In this document: piece by piece, positions 34,626 through 48,902 of the stretch
Numbering within the stretch: the first letter of the stretch is position 1
Layout: each line of letters opens with the position of its first letter
Origin: Phaeosaccion multiseriatum
Taxonomy: Eukaryota; Protista; Ochrophyta, other classes
DNA length: 64,000 nt
Direction of reading: 5' to 3'
Assembly (NCBI GenBank): GCA_965112735.1
Contig: OZ218957.1
Location: 372,001 to 436,000 of the forward strand
Position numbers and translations under genes: made by a program
The notes under the pieces: model-generated
The model's database searches: none
What the model saw: only the letters and a program-made list of their open reading frames with translations
Told to the model about the DNA's origin: nothing

Positions 34626-36050
34626 ACACAATTCTCTTTTGTCTCTCTTCACAAGTGGCGACCTCCCTAATCGTGCCTGTGCTGTTCATTGCTTGTGGAC
34701 ATGGATTTGGATGTGTATCACCAACAGGTCAGGGACTTGGTGCGTGAGGCGGTGGCCGATGTTCACAGCAGCAGCGTCCCTTGGCTCACCAACGCGGCTG
34801 CTTTGGCTGTGGACTCGCTCGAGGCGGGGCGCCGCAGCAGCAGCAGCGGGGGAGGAGGGGCACGAGACATTAATGATCTAGGGCAAGTGCGCGGCTTTGT
34901 CGACGACTTGGGGCATCAGGTGTGTGTGTGTGTGCGGTGTGTTTCCGATGTGGTTCCAGTGTGTGTGTGTGTGTGTGCGGTGTGTTTCCGATGTGGTTCC
35001 AGTGTGTGTGTGTGTGTGTGCGGTGTGTTTCCGATGTGGTTCCAGTGTGTGTGTGTGTGTGTGCGGTGTGTTTCCGATGTGGTTCCAGTGTGTGTGTGTG
35101 TGTGTGCGGTGTGTTTCCGATGTGGTTCCAGTGTGTGTGTGTGTGTGCGGTGCGTTTCCGATGTGTTTCCAGTGCGTGTGTGTTTTTTTCATTGCTACGA
35201 CCCCTACCTGCTTCACCATTCCTCACAAATCCCTTCCTTCACTTTGTGTTGCTTCTCTCTTACTATTTACGTTTCCCCCCCGTAACAAAGCATCACGTAA
35301 CATCACGTAACATCTTATGTTTGTTATCCCCTCCGACTGTGCGCAGGGAGGAGGGCTTGACCACGCTCTGGAGGGGCGAGTGGGAAGCCTCCTCATGGAT
35401 AGGACGGTACGTTACATAAGGGCTGCGTAGGACTTTTTACTGCCATCCCATCCCAAACCCTTCCACTCCCACCCATCATTCAACCCCGCCAACCCTCCAA
35501 CGTCTTCCACTGCCATCCTAACCAGGTGCGGGAGGTACTTCCCACGGCTCTGGCGGCGGCCTTTGCCTCCCCATCCTGGACGAAGGCCCAATACCTCAAA
35601 CGATCGGACGGCCTCCTAGGCAACGAACACCTCATGGCAAGAGCCGTAGAAGCCCTTCTGCAGTGCTCGGCCAGTGCCGGTGGAGGAGGGGGAGCAAGAG
35701 GAAGAGGAGGAGGAAGAGGAGGAGCAGACAGAGGGAAGAGAGTGCGGGATGAGGCGGTGGAAATGACCCGAGAGTACGTCAAGGTGTCATGCTTCCTTCT
35801 CACAAAGATGAAGGCCTCTTCCTCCGCCGCCACCTCCTCCTCTCTCTCCGCCTCTTCCTCCTCCTCCTCCATTTCGACCTCCTCCTCCTCCATCTCCTCC
35901 TCCTCCTCCTCCGGCGCCTCTGGCTCCACCGGGCGGTTCGGCAGCTACCAGTTCGGCCCTATGTTGGCTGTGTTATCGAAGTTCGTGGACGATTCGAGCA
36001 GCGCTGACCGACCCCTGCTGCAGGAGTATGTGGCAGCGGCAGTCTTGTGA
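29041..36050 (+). CDS. NCKAP1: Nck-associated protein 1 / NAP1 (HEM family, SCAR/WAVE complex), multi-exon
   Basis: VLRDSCRGLMTQL, FDTFTDVAELRE, FMDLFVDLVKLILM..VDEAKAVMGLY, KRAYLRVQLEDL..LLSQTPGVLGPKFPMVLCALSMARQEI, YSSVVQRYYTEYLSG, VHPFCPEE, LPGSES, VYDRLIVPLEFVRE, ELVALCTLLGSGG all parallel NCKAP1 motifs. Exact 3' end uncertain. Confidence 0.88.
34921..35183. repeat. Intronic ~42-bp minisatellite ((GT)n GCGGTGTGTTTCCGATGTGGTTCCA) x~6
   Basis: Read directly in an NCKAP1 intron. Confidence 0.9.
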
Positions 36051-36347
36051 TTGAGAGAGAAGAATAGAAGCATCGCTCCTCATGTAAGGGCCAGGAGGGT
36101 CTTACATAAGGGTGTCTGTCTGCTATCATTTGGGCCTAGCCCCCCCCCGGCCACCAAACACGCCTCCATCGCCGAGTCGAGTTTTGTTTCACGTCCCGGG
36201 TAGCGGTTGGCAAGGGAAACCCTCGGGGTTAATCAGTTTTTAGTTTTTCAGTTTTTGCGACCTAAAAAGGAAAAAAAATGAAAAATAAAATCATTCTTAA
36301 TTTTCCCTTGAGTTTGATCGCGTTGAAAGTGCCTGAAAGTGGCACTT

Positions 36348-36460
36348 TTGACGCCCCGTTATTTTTTTTTGACGCCAAATGACGATTACTTTAGTAGGGA
36401 CGTTTGACGATAAACACTGAAGTGTTACACCCTGTTGACGCTCTTTGACGCGCTTTGACG
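36348..36460 (+). promoter_or_regulatory. Cluster of seven TGACG motifs upstream of the coiled-coil gene
   Basis: TTGACG at 36348, 36369, 36404, 36435, 36445, 36455 and ATGACG at 36379. Confidence 0.45.
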
Positions 36461-36568
36461 GCACACCCACACACCAGAAAGAATGTTGTTACATGAATAA
36501 AGAGAGCGAAACCCCGAAGAGGAACAGGCGGGAGGGAAGGGCCTCCTCTCACTCTCACTCTGTGAGCT

Positions 36569-38314
36569 ATGAACTCTATGCGCTCTACATATACCATAGA
36601 GGGAGGAGAGCGGCGGCACCAGCGTTATGAGAATGGAGGGAGAGACAAGTGCGACCTGCCCAGGGGCAACTACCAGCACCCCCAGCACAGCGTGCCACCG
36701 CCACAACCAGCGGCTGCGTCTGCTTCCTCTCTCACCTTCGTGCCCGACCAAAGTAACTCTCTCCACGAGGCACATCATGGGCACGGGCAGCCCCGAACGT
36801 GTAGGCAGGCTTGGGGGATGAGCAATTATGAGGGCGCGAATGCGCGTGTCATGGACTTACTCAGGCGCGACAACGCCCGCCTCTCCCGCGCCAATGATGA
36901 GCTTGTGACTGCGAACCAGGACCTGCGTAATGAGTATGGCAGTGTTCTCTCTGAGGAAGAGAAAGAGGGCGAGCTTGAAGCCCTGAGGAGGGAGGCCGCG
37001 TCCTTGAAGATGACTCTGGCCGTCAAGGAGGTGGAGCTCAAACGAGAGAAAGAGCGTCGAAGGGGCATACTCCAACAGAGTGCTGCTGCGGCGCAAAAGA
37101 GATTCAAGGCGCAGGTACAGGCGACTGTGAAACTGCGAGAGGAAATCGAGGCCGAAGCGGAGGAGATCAAGGCGGAGGCAATGCAGGTCGCACAAGCAAG
37201 AGAGGACAACGCGGCGAAGGAGGTAGCCAAGAGCCAAGCGGAGGCGGCGCAGCTGCGGAAGCAAGTGCAAGAGGCGGAGGCGAAGGCCGAGGGCTTGCAG
37301 TCCAAGCTACTCCAAGCAACGCAAGGCATGCAGGAGGCCATCGACGCGAAGGAAGCGGCAGAGGCCAAGCTGAGCAAGGCAGAGGAGGTGGCTGGGCGCA
37401 AGGCAGACAAGAAGATAGGCAAGATTGAGGCCCAAGCGGCGGCGAGCGTAGGGGCCGCGGAGGCACGGGCGGAGAGGCTCATCGCACAACGGGTGGCCCA
37501 GGTCAAAACTACAGCGGACGCGAAGATTGCAGCGGCGAATGCCAGGGCGGAAACCTTTGAGGCCAAGGCGAGGAAGCTGCGAGAGGCAGGGAGGAAGAGA
37601 CCAAGGTCAAAGGAGGGCCGCTTTTGGCATTATGCGGAAGTTGATGATACACCAGGAGCCGCAGCAGGAGCTGGGGAGGAAGACGGGGGTGCAGGCTTGG
37701 AACAGAGTGAGCCACACGCCAAGAGCGTCAAACGAGAGGTGGAAGATGGAGATGGAGAAGAGAAAGAAGAAGTAGGAGGAGAAGAAGCAGAAGGAGAAGG
37801 AGCAGAAGGAGAGGAGGTGGAAGTATGCCTGTTGAGCGAAGACACAACACTGTGGGAAGTCTCGCAGGCACGGCTTGATGCGGAAGTGTTGGCACCACCC
37901 AAAGCTCCCCCCCTCGCCTCGGGAGTGCTCCCGCAGACCAAACTTGTGGTGCAGGGCTCTGAGCAGGACCAGTGGTTTCAGTTTCTCACGAGCCCCTTTA
38001 CAGCGACCGCCACCTTCTCCATTCGCTTCAGAGGGCAGACCAAGATCCTCGTTGTGAGTGGTATCGATGACTCGGAGGCCGCGCCAAAGGTCGAGTGGCG
38101 TGTGTACTGGCCGGACGACCAGCCCAGCAGTATACACATTCGTCCCTCTTGGCAGAAGGCAAATACCACCAAGGGCCGCCTGCGGTGCGGGTTGGGGCTG
38201 ACCGAGCGATACCGACGAGGAGAGGGCAACAGGGAGAGGCACAAGTGGGGCAGTAGGAGTATCGAGCCCCTGGAGGAGGGCCACAAGCAGTCGTATTTCC
38301 GAATGGACTTTTGA
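36569..38314 (+). CDS. Intronless hypothetical protein: long coiled coil, acidic linker, unrecognised C-terminal globular domain
   Basis: 581-aa uninterrupted ORF not driven by simple repeats; heptad A/E/K/Q region; aromatic-rich C-terminal ~130 aa. Start may be a later ATG. Confidence 0.65.
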   Translation: MNSMRSTYTIEGGERRHQRYENGGRDKCDLPRGNYQHPQHSVPPPQPAAASASSLTFVPDQSNSLHEAHHGHGQPRTCRQAWGMSNYEGANARVMDLLRRDNARLSRANDELVTANQDLRNEYGSVLSEEEKEGELEALRREAASLKMTLAVKEVELKREKERRRGILQQSAAAAQKRFKAQVQATVKLREEIEAEAEEIKAEAMQVAQAREDNAAKEVAKSQAEAAQLRKQVQEAEAKAEGLQSKLLQATQGMQEAIDAKEAAEAKLSKAEEVAGRKADKKIGKIEAQAAASVGAAEARAERLIAQRVAQVKTTADAKIAAANARAETFEAKARKLREAGRKRPRSKEGRFWHYAEVDDTPGAAAGAGEEDGGAGLEQSEPHAKSVKREVEDGDGEEKEEVGGEEAEGEGAEGEEVEVCLLSEDTTLWEVSQARLDAEVLAPPKAPPLASGVLPQTKLVVQGSEQDQWFQFLTSPFTATATFSIRFRGQTKILVVSGIDDSEAAPKVEWRVYWPDDQPSSIHIRPSWQKANTTKGRLRCGLGLTERYRRGEGNRERHKWGSRSIEPLEEGHKQSYFRMDF

Positions 38315-39197
38315 GAGAGAGACACGACTCAGAAGCCCAAGTCAAAAGCTCAGGGCCGCCACACACTCCTCTCCTCCTCGCGTACCCCGTCTACTGCCAT
38401 CGAGGGCGTTGTTGGGTGCACATATTGTATTTGTAGTGGAGGACTTTGAGCTCTTCAGCTATCCCCCCCTTCACCCCCCCCTCAACACTCGGCCAATATG
38501 CGATCAATCGTAGGATACATCCATAAATACATGTACAAAGTATATATGATGAATTCGTTTTAGTCATGTCCATGATTTTTCACTACTGTAGTACCAAGGA
38601 AGAGGAGGGAAAAAACCCCGAGGCTGACTGATTGACCGACAAACGGTTCTTCTTCTTCTTCTTCTTCTCCGGAAACGGTTGATAACTATTGACGGGTGTC
38701 TTCATCACTTCCCCCCCCCCTTCGTGTCGTTGTGGTAAAGCCCCCCCCCTGTCATTCTTTCTTCCTTCTTCTCCTGTATGTTGTTTACTCATCTCCTAAG
38801 TTACTCTAAATTGGTATATATTTACACCCGCGAGACACGACCAAGCTCTCCCACGATAAGAACCCCCATCTATTTCCAAAAAATAAATAAATAATAATAA
38901 TGACCGATTTGTTTTTCAAACATAAACCCCTCACTCCTTCCCTCCTTGGACTGTGTAACTTGCATGGTAATACCGGTCAACGGTTCGTTGTAACGTCGTA
39001 ACGTGCATGATAACACTGGTCAACGGCCAACGGTTCCCTCCCCTGTGCTCAATAAGGTATCCTCACTCGCTCGCATCGCATCGCTCCGCCTTGCTCAGCC
39101 TTGCTCAGCCGCCCCTTCCTCTCACCCCCTCATTGCATCAGCAACTTCCTCAATAATGCGTCAGCAGCTTCATCATTTGCTAGGGGCCCTGGACCTC

Positions 39198-40847
39198 TCA
39201 TTCCACGAGCAGCTGCATGGTTTGCGCATCAATAAGCTTGCTCAGGTCGTCCAGCTTGGCGCCTTTGCCGAAGGTCCGATCAAAAGAGTCCAAAATGAGC
39301 TGCTCACTCATCACCTTCACCACAGTCTTGGCGTCCATATCACACCTCATCACCCGCACTCGGGGGTATGGCGTCAGCTCCACAATGAAGCGCAGGCCTC
39401 CCTCTTTCCCCTTCGACCGCTGCACCTTTGCCTCATCCAACGACGCCGACGTCGACGAGGACGAGGAGGCAGCAGCGTAACCTGCACCGTCCTTGTCGCG
39501 CGTCTCTCGGCCCTCCATTTTGTCGTCCTTCTCCTTCCTCTTGACGTCCCGCTTGGAGTCATACTTTCTATATTTGGACGTGAATGACATCTTCACGATG
39601 CCCCCCGCTGCCTCCGAGTACGACACCTCCACTGGCGTGGTCAAGCCCTAATGAAGCAGCGAGGGAGTGAGTGAGTGAGTGAGTGAGTGAGTGAAGATGG
39701 GGAGTGGGTAGGTGAGTGAGTGAGTGAATGAGTAAAAAAGAGGTGAAAGTAGGGGGGAGGAGGGCATGGGTAAGAGAGACAGAAGATTAGAGAGAGAGAT
39801 GGATAGGGCGGGGGAGCATAGCGTAGCGTAGCATCGTTGGGGACGGAGGAGGGAGGAGGGGCTCAGATCAGAGAAGAGACGCCTCCCCTTCTCAATCCAT
39901 CCTCGCACTGCTCTCACGACTTCGCTGACCTCCCCTTCTCAATCCATCCTCGAACTGCTCTCACGACTTCGCTGACCTCCCCTTCTCAATCCATCCTCGA
40001 ACTGCTCTCACGACTTCGCTGACCTCCCCTTCTCAATCCATCCTCGAACTGCTCTCACGACTTCGCTGACCCCCCCTTCTCAATCCATCCTCGCACTGCT
40101 CTCACGACTTCGCTGACCTCCCCTTCTCAATCCATCCTCGCACTGCTCTCACGACTTCGCTGACCTCCCCTTCTCAATCCATCCACAACTTCCCTGACCT
40201 CCCCTTCTCAATCCATCCTCGCACTGCTCTCACGACTTCCCTGACCTCCCCTTCGCTGTCCCCACCCTCCCCTCACCGTTCCAGGCTCCTCAAACTCCTG
40301 CGCCCAACTGCGGATGGCCGAGAAGACTTGCAGCGGAAGATCCAACACTAGCCCTCCGCCCTCCTCCCCTGCAGAGGCAGAGGCCCCGAACATGTCTTTG
40401 AAGGACACTCGCCGCAGCTCGGGCCCGTTGAGCTTCAGGAACTGGTGAGGTGCGTGGGTGGGTGGGTGGGTGGATGGGTGGGAGGAGTAGGTGGGGTGGG
40501 TGGGTGGGTGGGTGGGTGGGTGCGTAGGTAAACCTAAATTCAAATTCAAACTTGAGCACTCCATAGGAGGTTACGAACGTACGTAGCAAGGTATCATACC
40601 ATACCCTCCCCCCTCACCCCATACCCCCCCTACCTCATCGTTCCAGAAATCTGTGGCCATGTCATCTTCGACGTTACGTATTCCGGCGACGGACAGAGTG
40701 GCGTTTCGGGCACTGTCGTGCATCAAGGACTGCACAATGGCCTCCGCGGCGACAGGGAGGGACAGCTTTGAGGGGGGGATGGCAGTGGATGGCAAGGGAG
40801 GGGAAAGGGATAGGGGATGTGTGGATGGGTAGGGACGGGGCAACGGA

Positions 40848-40890
<43 letters not shown>

Positions 40891-43375
40891 GAGGAGGAGG
40901 AGGAGGAGGGGTTAGGGTAGAGCCCTGTGAGTATGCCGTGTCATAGGTGTCGGTATCACAGACCCACGCCCACCCACACACCAACACAAGACGCACTCTG
41001 CTGTCCGGTCCACGCTCTTCAAGCCATATTGACACCCTTCCCCACTCCTCCATCGGCTCTAGTGGTAAAGCGTGTTGAGTCCCTTCTTCACACCCCAACC
41101 CCCCCCCACCTTCTTTTCCGAGCCCCCAAAGAGGCGAAGCAAGGAACAGCTGAGGCCACCCCACCCCATCCTCCCTGAGCTTACCTTGGTGGAGGCGCCT
41201 TTCTTGTCCACAGCGGCGGGAGTTACCTCCGGGACAGGTCCACTAGTGCCGGCAGCGGCGAAGGGCTGATTGGCTCGGACAACAGTGTAGTCAAAGCCCA
41301 TCCTTTGGTTGGCGTAGAGTGAGGCACGGGGGGGGGAGGAAAAAAGAGAGGAAAGAGAGGAGACAGAGAGAGAGAGTGCGTGTCAGGTGGAGAGGTGTGT
41401 GCGACGGCAAAGACGAGAGGGCACAAATACCTACCCTCCTGTTCTCTCTCCATCTCTCTCTCTCTCTCTGCATCACATCCCTCTTTCTGTATCACACATA
41501 CACACAAATCCATCCACCACCCCTCCACCTCCACCAATCTCTCTCTCCATCACACCCGTTTTCCCACCCCCACACGTTCTCTCTCTCTCTCTCTATCCCG
41601 AGGTCTCTCTACATCACACCCAGACACGCACTCACCCACCACCCACCCACCCCCACGCACATTTCACACATAAGTCTTTTCTCCCTCTGTCTCAATCTCT
41701 CTCTGCCACCACCTTCCCAACCACACTCACTTCTTGCTCTGAAACACCACCTCATCCTCGATGCCCGCCGTCTTCTCCCCTCGAGGCGGGGCAGCAAGAC
41801 AGAGCACCCGCTCCACCCCTCCATCCTTCGCCGCCGCTTTGATGAGGGCGCTGACGTCCGCATCCTTGAGTTGCTTGCCACCTCCTCCTCCTCCTCCTCC
41901 ACCCCCGCCGAAGAGTGCCCCCAGCATCCCCCCTCCTGCAGACTTGCCCTCTCCGGGTGGTAGGATGAGCATCGTTTCCGCCTTTGAGAGACCCTGTAGC
42001 CCGGTGTCGGCCGTTGCCTCCTCCACCGACAGAGCCACCACCTCTCCTCCTCTCCCTCCCCCGCCCTCCTGCTCCTGCGCTTCGTCTTGTCGCTGCAGCA
42101 CGTCGCGGATCCTATCCACCACCACCTCTCCAAGAGGGCTCTCCTTGCCCCCTACCACGACAACGACCGGCCCTGATGAGGCGCCCTCCACTGACAGTTT
42201 CATCGTCGCCCCGAACAGATCCTCTGCCCCTGCACTCGTCGCTCCGCCAATGTTGATGGAAGACGTCTCAGTGCTGCTGCTGGCAGGAGTGGTATCGCCC
42301 CCCTTGCTCGCCTTACTGCTGATGCCGCCGCCCCCCCCTGCTCCACTGAGGAGCGAGTCGAGTTGCTCTGCCTGCAGCTCAGCCGCAGTCATACGGGGCT
42401 TCTCGTTCGCGAAGGTCTTTTGGTACCACTCGTCACGCTCCTTCTGGAGCTGATCATCAGAGGAGGGAGGGGAGGGGAGGGAGGGAGGGAGGGTCTAAGT
42501 CAGGGACGCCAGTAAAGTCAGTCACACACCGGTGACCAGGCGCCTCTCGGGGCAAGTCAGTCAATCCATCGATCTAATCCCATCCATCGGAGAGTTTCCA
42601 AGCGTTGGGGGTGGTGCTGCGCTAGAAGTACTCTTTCCCTCCCACCCACCTTATCAAGCGGCTCCATTAGCTTCTCACTGAACTCGCGCATCTCCCTCTT
42701 CTGCTCGGCCATCCACTCCTTGTCCTCCTGCTTCATGCGCTCCCGCTCCATCTCGTACTGCTTGTCGCTCTCCTGCACCGTCAGGCGGAATCGCTCCACT
42801 GGACTGAGGGCTGCCCTTCTGGCTGCCTCTGCCTCCTCCTCTAGCTCCTCCTGGGTCTTCTTGCTGCTGCCGCTGCCGGTACTCATAGACACTTCGAAGT
42901 AGTCCTGCAGCTTCTCTACGTTGAGTTCGAGTTTCACCCCACCCGGAGCGTCGGTGTCCGGGCTGTTCTGTTGCTCTAGAACCATGCGCTGTGGGTTGTT
43001 AAAGGCAAGGGTAAAGGAAAGGGGTAGGCGTTTAGATGGGACCAAAACACAGGCAGCAGCAGTAGCAGTTGGTGATGTAGAGGAAAGTGAGTCCAGTAGC
43101 GGGTTGTAAAGTGGGCAGTACAGCAGGCTTCTTTGGATGGGTCCACCCCATGCTTCTTTCGGCGTGCTGTCGATGCAAGGGTGGAGAGAGACCAATATCA
43201 AGGAGCCACGCACAACCACAGCAATAGCATGAGTTGTTCACACCCACCCACACACGCACACACACATCCACCCACCCACACGTCCACCAACCCATACACA
43301 CACACCCTTTCTCTCTCTCTCACACACACGCACACGCACACACCCATGCACCTACCCACCCACCCACACACACAC

Positions 43376-43415
<40 letters not shown>

Positions 43416-44475
43416 GCATATACCCACCCATACACCTACTCACCTGCGCGTCAGCGGCCGTCATGTCCCCGTATTTGATCTCGCCTTTTTCGCCCGCCTT
43501 TTCCGCCCCCGCCAAGCGGTCTTCGAGGCTCGCGACCTGGTCAGAGATGAGGCGGGAGGGAGGGAGAGAGGAGGGAGAGGGAGGGTTCTCGTCTCTTAGA
43601 AATAGTGGGCGTGTATTCAGGGGATAGTGTGGTCGGGTGTGTTGTGCAGTCATTCATCAGAGGACACGTGTTGAGCTGGTGGAGCGTTGGGCCACTTTGG
43701 AGATGGGGTAAAGCCATGAGTGAGGGCATCTGTCTTCCTCCTGTGCAATACCCAGCTCTGCTCCAGTGCTACCTTATGTACCGCAGCACGGGACAATGTA
43801 CATGCCCGGTTCCTTAAGGAAGACAGACAGCTCGACAAATCTCTGTAGTCTGAAGGATGCCTGCAATACATTCTTCATGACAACACTCTCTCTCCTCACC
43901 TTCTCAATGGAGGCGGTGGTACTTGAAGAGGCAGCGTCGTCCGCTTCCGCAGGTCCATCCGTAGGCTCCTCCGAGTCCAGCGCTTTGGCCTGCTGCTGCT
44001 CGTACCACTCTCGGGCGTATTGCAGCGTGATCGTGTTGGGGTCGAGGTTAGGGTCCAGCTGGCAAAGCACATAGCGGCACAGCGGCAAGGGCTTTCCATC
44101 CTCCGCCATATTGCACAGCTCCACGATGCGGTTTTCGTCAGTGGCGGCGTACAATGCCCTTCCTCCTCCCCGCCGGCGCCTTGCTACTCTTCTCCCCCCC
44201 CCCACCCCCGCTGCTGCTGCTGCTCCGAAGACAGCCCCTCCACGGCCCGCATCAGAAGACCCGACGCACGCGGAGCCAATGCCCACGCCTACTGCGGCTG
44301 ACAGTGGCCCGGCGGACGTGAAGCGAGCACCAGGCTGTCTGCCGAGGGGAGTCCGCCCCGATGATACCCATCCGGATATCGTCGGCTTTGGCCCGCTGAG
44401 AAGGCCGTGGTGCTGCGCAGGGAGAGACAAGCCGAGCAGGACCACACCCGCTTGAGGGAGCCGGCTGAAGCTCAT
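39198..44475 (-). CDS. Multi-exon, probably plastid-targeted protein with an atypical NAD(P)-binding (Rossmann-like) region; function unknown
   Basis: N-terminal hydrophobic stretch followed by a Ser/Arg/Gly-rich segment (bipartite-targeting-like); VVVVVGG..SPLGEVVV, GFDYTVVRA, VAAEAIVQSL...RNATLSV, WNDEFLKLNGPEL, EGGLRFIVE..RVRVMRC; consistent GT-AG exon chain. Confidence 0.55.
39883..40254. repeat. Intronic 47-bp minisatellite x~7.5
   Basis: Unit CTCCCCTTCTCAATCCATCCTCGCACTGCTCTCACGACTTCGCTGAC. Confidence 0.95.
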
Positions 44476-44590
44476 GGAACTAGGACAAATGAAGGAGATG
44501 CGGAGCAAATAATCACGATGGCCGAAAGCTTTTTGAAAGTCGATGATATCTATACTATGTTGATCATGTCGATATTTTTTATCGATACGT

Positions 44591-44794
44591 TCGACCCCTG
44601 ACACGCTATCGCCCACTTTCTCGTAGCGCGCCGGCTGGCGCCGGCGATAGCGGAAAGCGGATCGGCTGGCGCCGGCGACAGCGGATAGCACGCCCCCCCC
44701 CCCCCCTATCGCGGATAGCGTGCCGGCTGGCGCCGGCGATAGCGGATAGCGCACCGGCTGGCGCCGGGATAGCGGATAGCGTGTCAGGGGTCGA
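44591..44794. mobile_element. MITE, 204 bp, 20-bp TIR TCGACCCCTGACACGCTATC, 6-bp TSD ATACGT
   Basis: Perfect TIRs; ATACGT at 44585-44590 and 44795-44800; internal GCCGGCTGGCGCCGGCGATAGCGG repeats. Confidence 0.92.
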
Positions 44795-45634
44795 ATACGT
44801 GACAACACCACCCTATCGTAGTTCATCAGACGGCGTCTTGCCTCTCGGGGTCGTCTACCTATGACGGACTAGCCATTGATTGAGGGTCTCATGAAACTGA
44901 AACTGAAACTGCCGACAGCGGGAGGAGGGATCAGGAGGGGAGGAGAGGTGGGGAGATCGACAGGTAGAATCAAACTAGCTCTTCGCGCTCTCTCTTTATT
45001 TAATAAATATACTATTTACTGGAGAAACACATCGTGATCTCTCGAAAGAATATTTGTGTGTTGCTTCACACGTACGTAGCACGACATGTATACGCCCCCC
45101 CTACCTCCAACCCCATGACCTTGACCTGACCTTGGATCGATGGAGAGCCCTCCCCAAGCCCCACCCACAAGTCAAACAAGTCAACCGAGTGAACCGAGTG
45201 AACCGAGTGAACCGAGTCACTCGGCGAGTGAGCTCCTCTGACGCTCTCTTCCAGGGGGTGGGAGGCCATATACATGCATCCATACATACACACACAAACA
45301 CACATATGTATACGCAAACGTGTGTAGTATAGCTGCGCTGGGATGGCATGGCATGGTACAGGGTGGGTGATAGATTTGAGCTTCCGCCTGCCTGCCGACC
45401 TACCTACCGAGCGATGAAAGGTGCTTCTCTACAGGCACGTGCTCGCTCTGCAGGTAGGTCGGTAACGGTAACGTAACTCAAATTAATCTCCCGCCCTTCC
45501 ACCCTAGCCTGTAGACCACCCCTCTAGCCTAGTGGAGAGGGAGTTAGAGAACCAAGCCACCATCTCGTCACTGCAGAGAGGTAGGCAGGAGCGGCCCCTC
45601 CCTCCCTCCCTTCCTCCCTCCCTCCCTCCCTTCC

Positions 45635-47734
<2,100 letters not shown>

Positions 47735-48902
47735 TCATCTCGCAACACCACCGCTCCATGAAAAGTCCACCCACACCCGTCTACCAGTCCCTCCTCGAGC
47801 CATAAAACGCGTTGATGAGAGCCTCGTGTGCCTCCGGAATCTCGCCGCTCCTCTCTCTCACTGCCCCTCTCTCTTCACCCCTTTGCATTGCCCCGGGGCG
47901 CCGTGGTACAGGCATCGAGGCCCAACACGAAGAGATTCATCGTTGAGAACGATAGTCCCCGCTACTTCTTCCCCTCGCTGCTCGCCGTCCGGCATCCGAC
48001 ATGCCCTCCTTTATTTTCCTCCTGCCTCCCTTCTCTCTCTCTCACCATCTCCCTTCGACGCCACCGCGTCAGCGATCTTCCTCCTCACTCCCTCCAGCTG
48101 TGAGGAAATGCCTCTGACCGGGGACGCAGACCTTGCACTGCTACTAGACAGCACCCTCGTCGACCTCGCCCTCGATCTGAGTGACGAAGTAGCCGAGATG
48201 TGGGAGAGTGCGCTCATTCTTCTCACGTTCTTGAGCCCTCTTGCTGACGCGGCTCCAAAAAGCCCTGTTGCTGAGCTTCCCACGAAGCAAGCGGAGCAAG
48301 CCGGACCGCTCGTAGCAAAGGCCGTGCAGGAATGTATCACGGCAGGAAGTGCAAGACTGGCGAACTGCGCCCTGCCTTTCATCACGGGGGAATCGGCGCT
48401 CTTCTCGGTCGCGTCGCCTAGTCTCTCATTGACATACTGTGCGGACGGCTGAGTTTGAGTGTGAGCAGCAGCGGAAGGGAAGTGTAGACGCAGCGGCAGT
48501 GACAGGAGAAGGACGATTGAACGAGTCGTGAAAGACATTAGTTTACTCCGTAAGCAGGAGCTGGCATTGCATCAGCTGCAGCAGCACGCCAGCGGACCGA
48601 AGACAAAGCTTCCGTTGGACATAGATAGGGAACGAAGGAAGAGCGGAGGAGGCAGAGCAGCGTCAAGAGCAAGGCGAACTAGGCAACAGAGCAGGACGCA
48701 CATCCCTCCCAGGGTGCAAGGGGCCCTTGAGGAAGGACTCTCACGCAGAGAATAAGAGCGCACTTCATTCTCCCCCCCCCAGTCCTTCCCCCCCAGAGAG
48801 AGAGAGAGAGAGTGGTGGTTTGAGCCGGTAGCCGGGGTAGTAGCAGCACAAGCAGGGAAACAGCCGCGGTAACGGGATTGCAGCGAGGCGCAGCAAGCGA
48901 CG

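Noticed and set aside
36221-38623. 10-bp inverted repeat CCTCGGGGTT/AACCCCGAGG flanking the orphan coiled-coil gene as possible TIRs
   Set aside because: Too short, no TSD found and no transposase; may be chance.
39883-40254. Regular repeats (also 12530-12676 and 34921-35183) considered as CRISPR-like arrays
   Set aside because: Head-to-tail units without unique spacers, located inside spliceosomal introns, and no cas genes; ordinary minisatellites.
44476-44826. N-terminal extension of ORF 43774-44826
   Set aside because: It reads through the MITE; the ATG at 44475 followed by a targeting-peptide-like sequence is the more plausible start.
47826-48755. Possible small plus-strand gene between PLPBP and SEC22 (MPLTGDADLALLL...)
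   Set aside because: Protein-like composition, but no recognisable family and no confident splice model.
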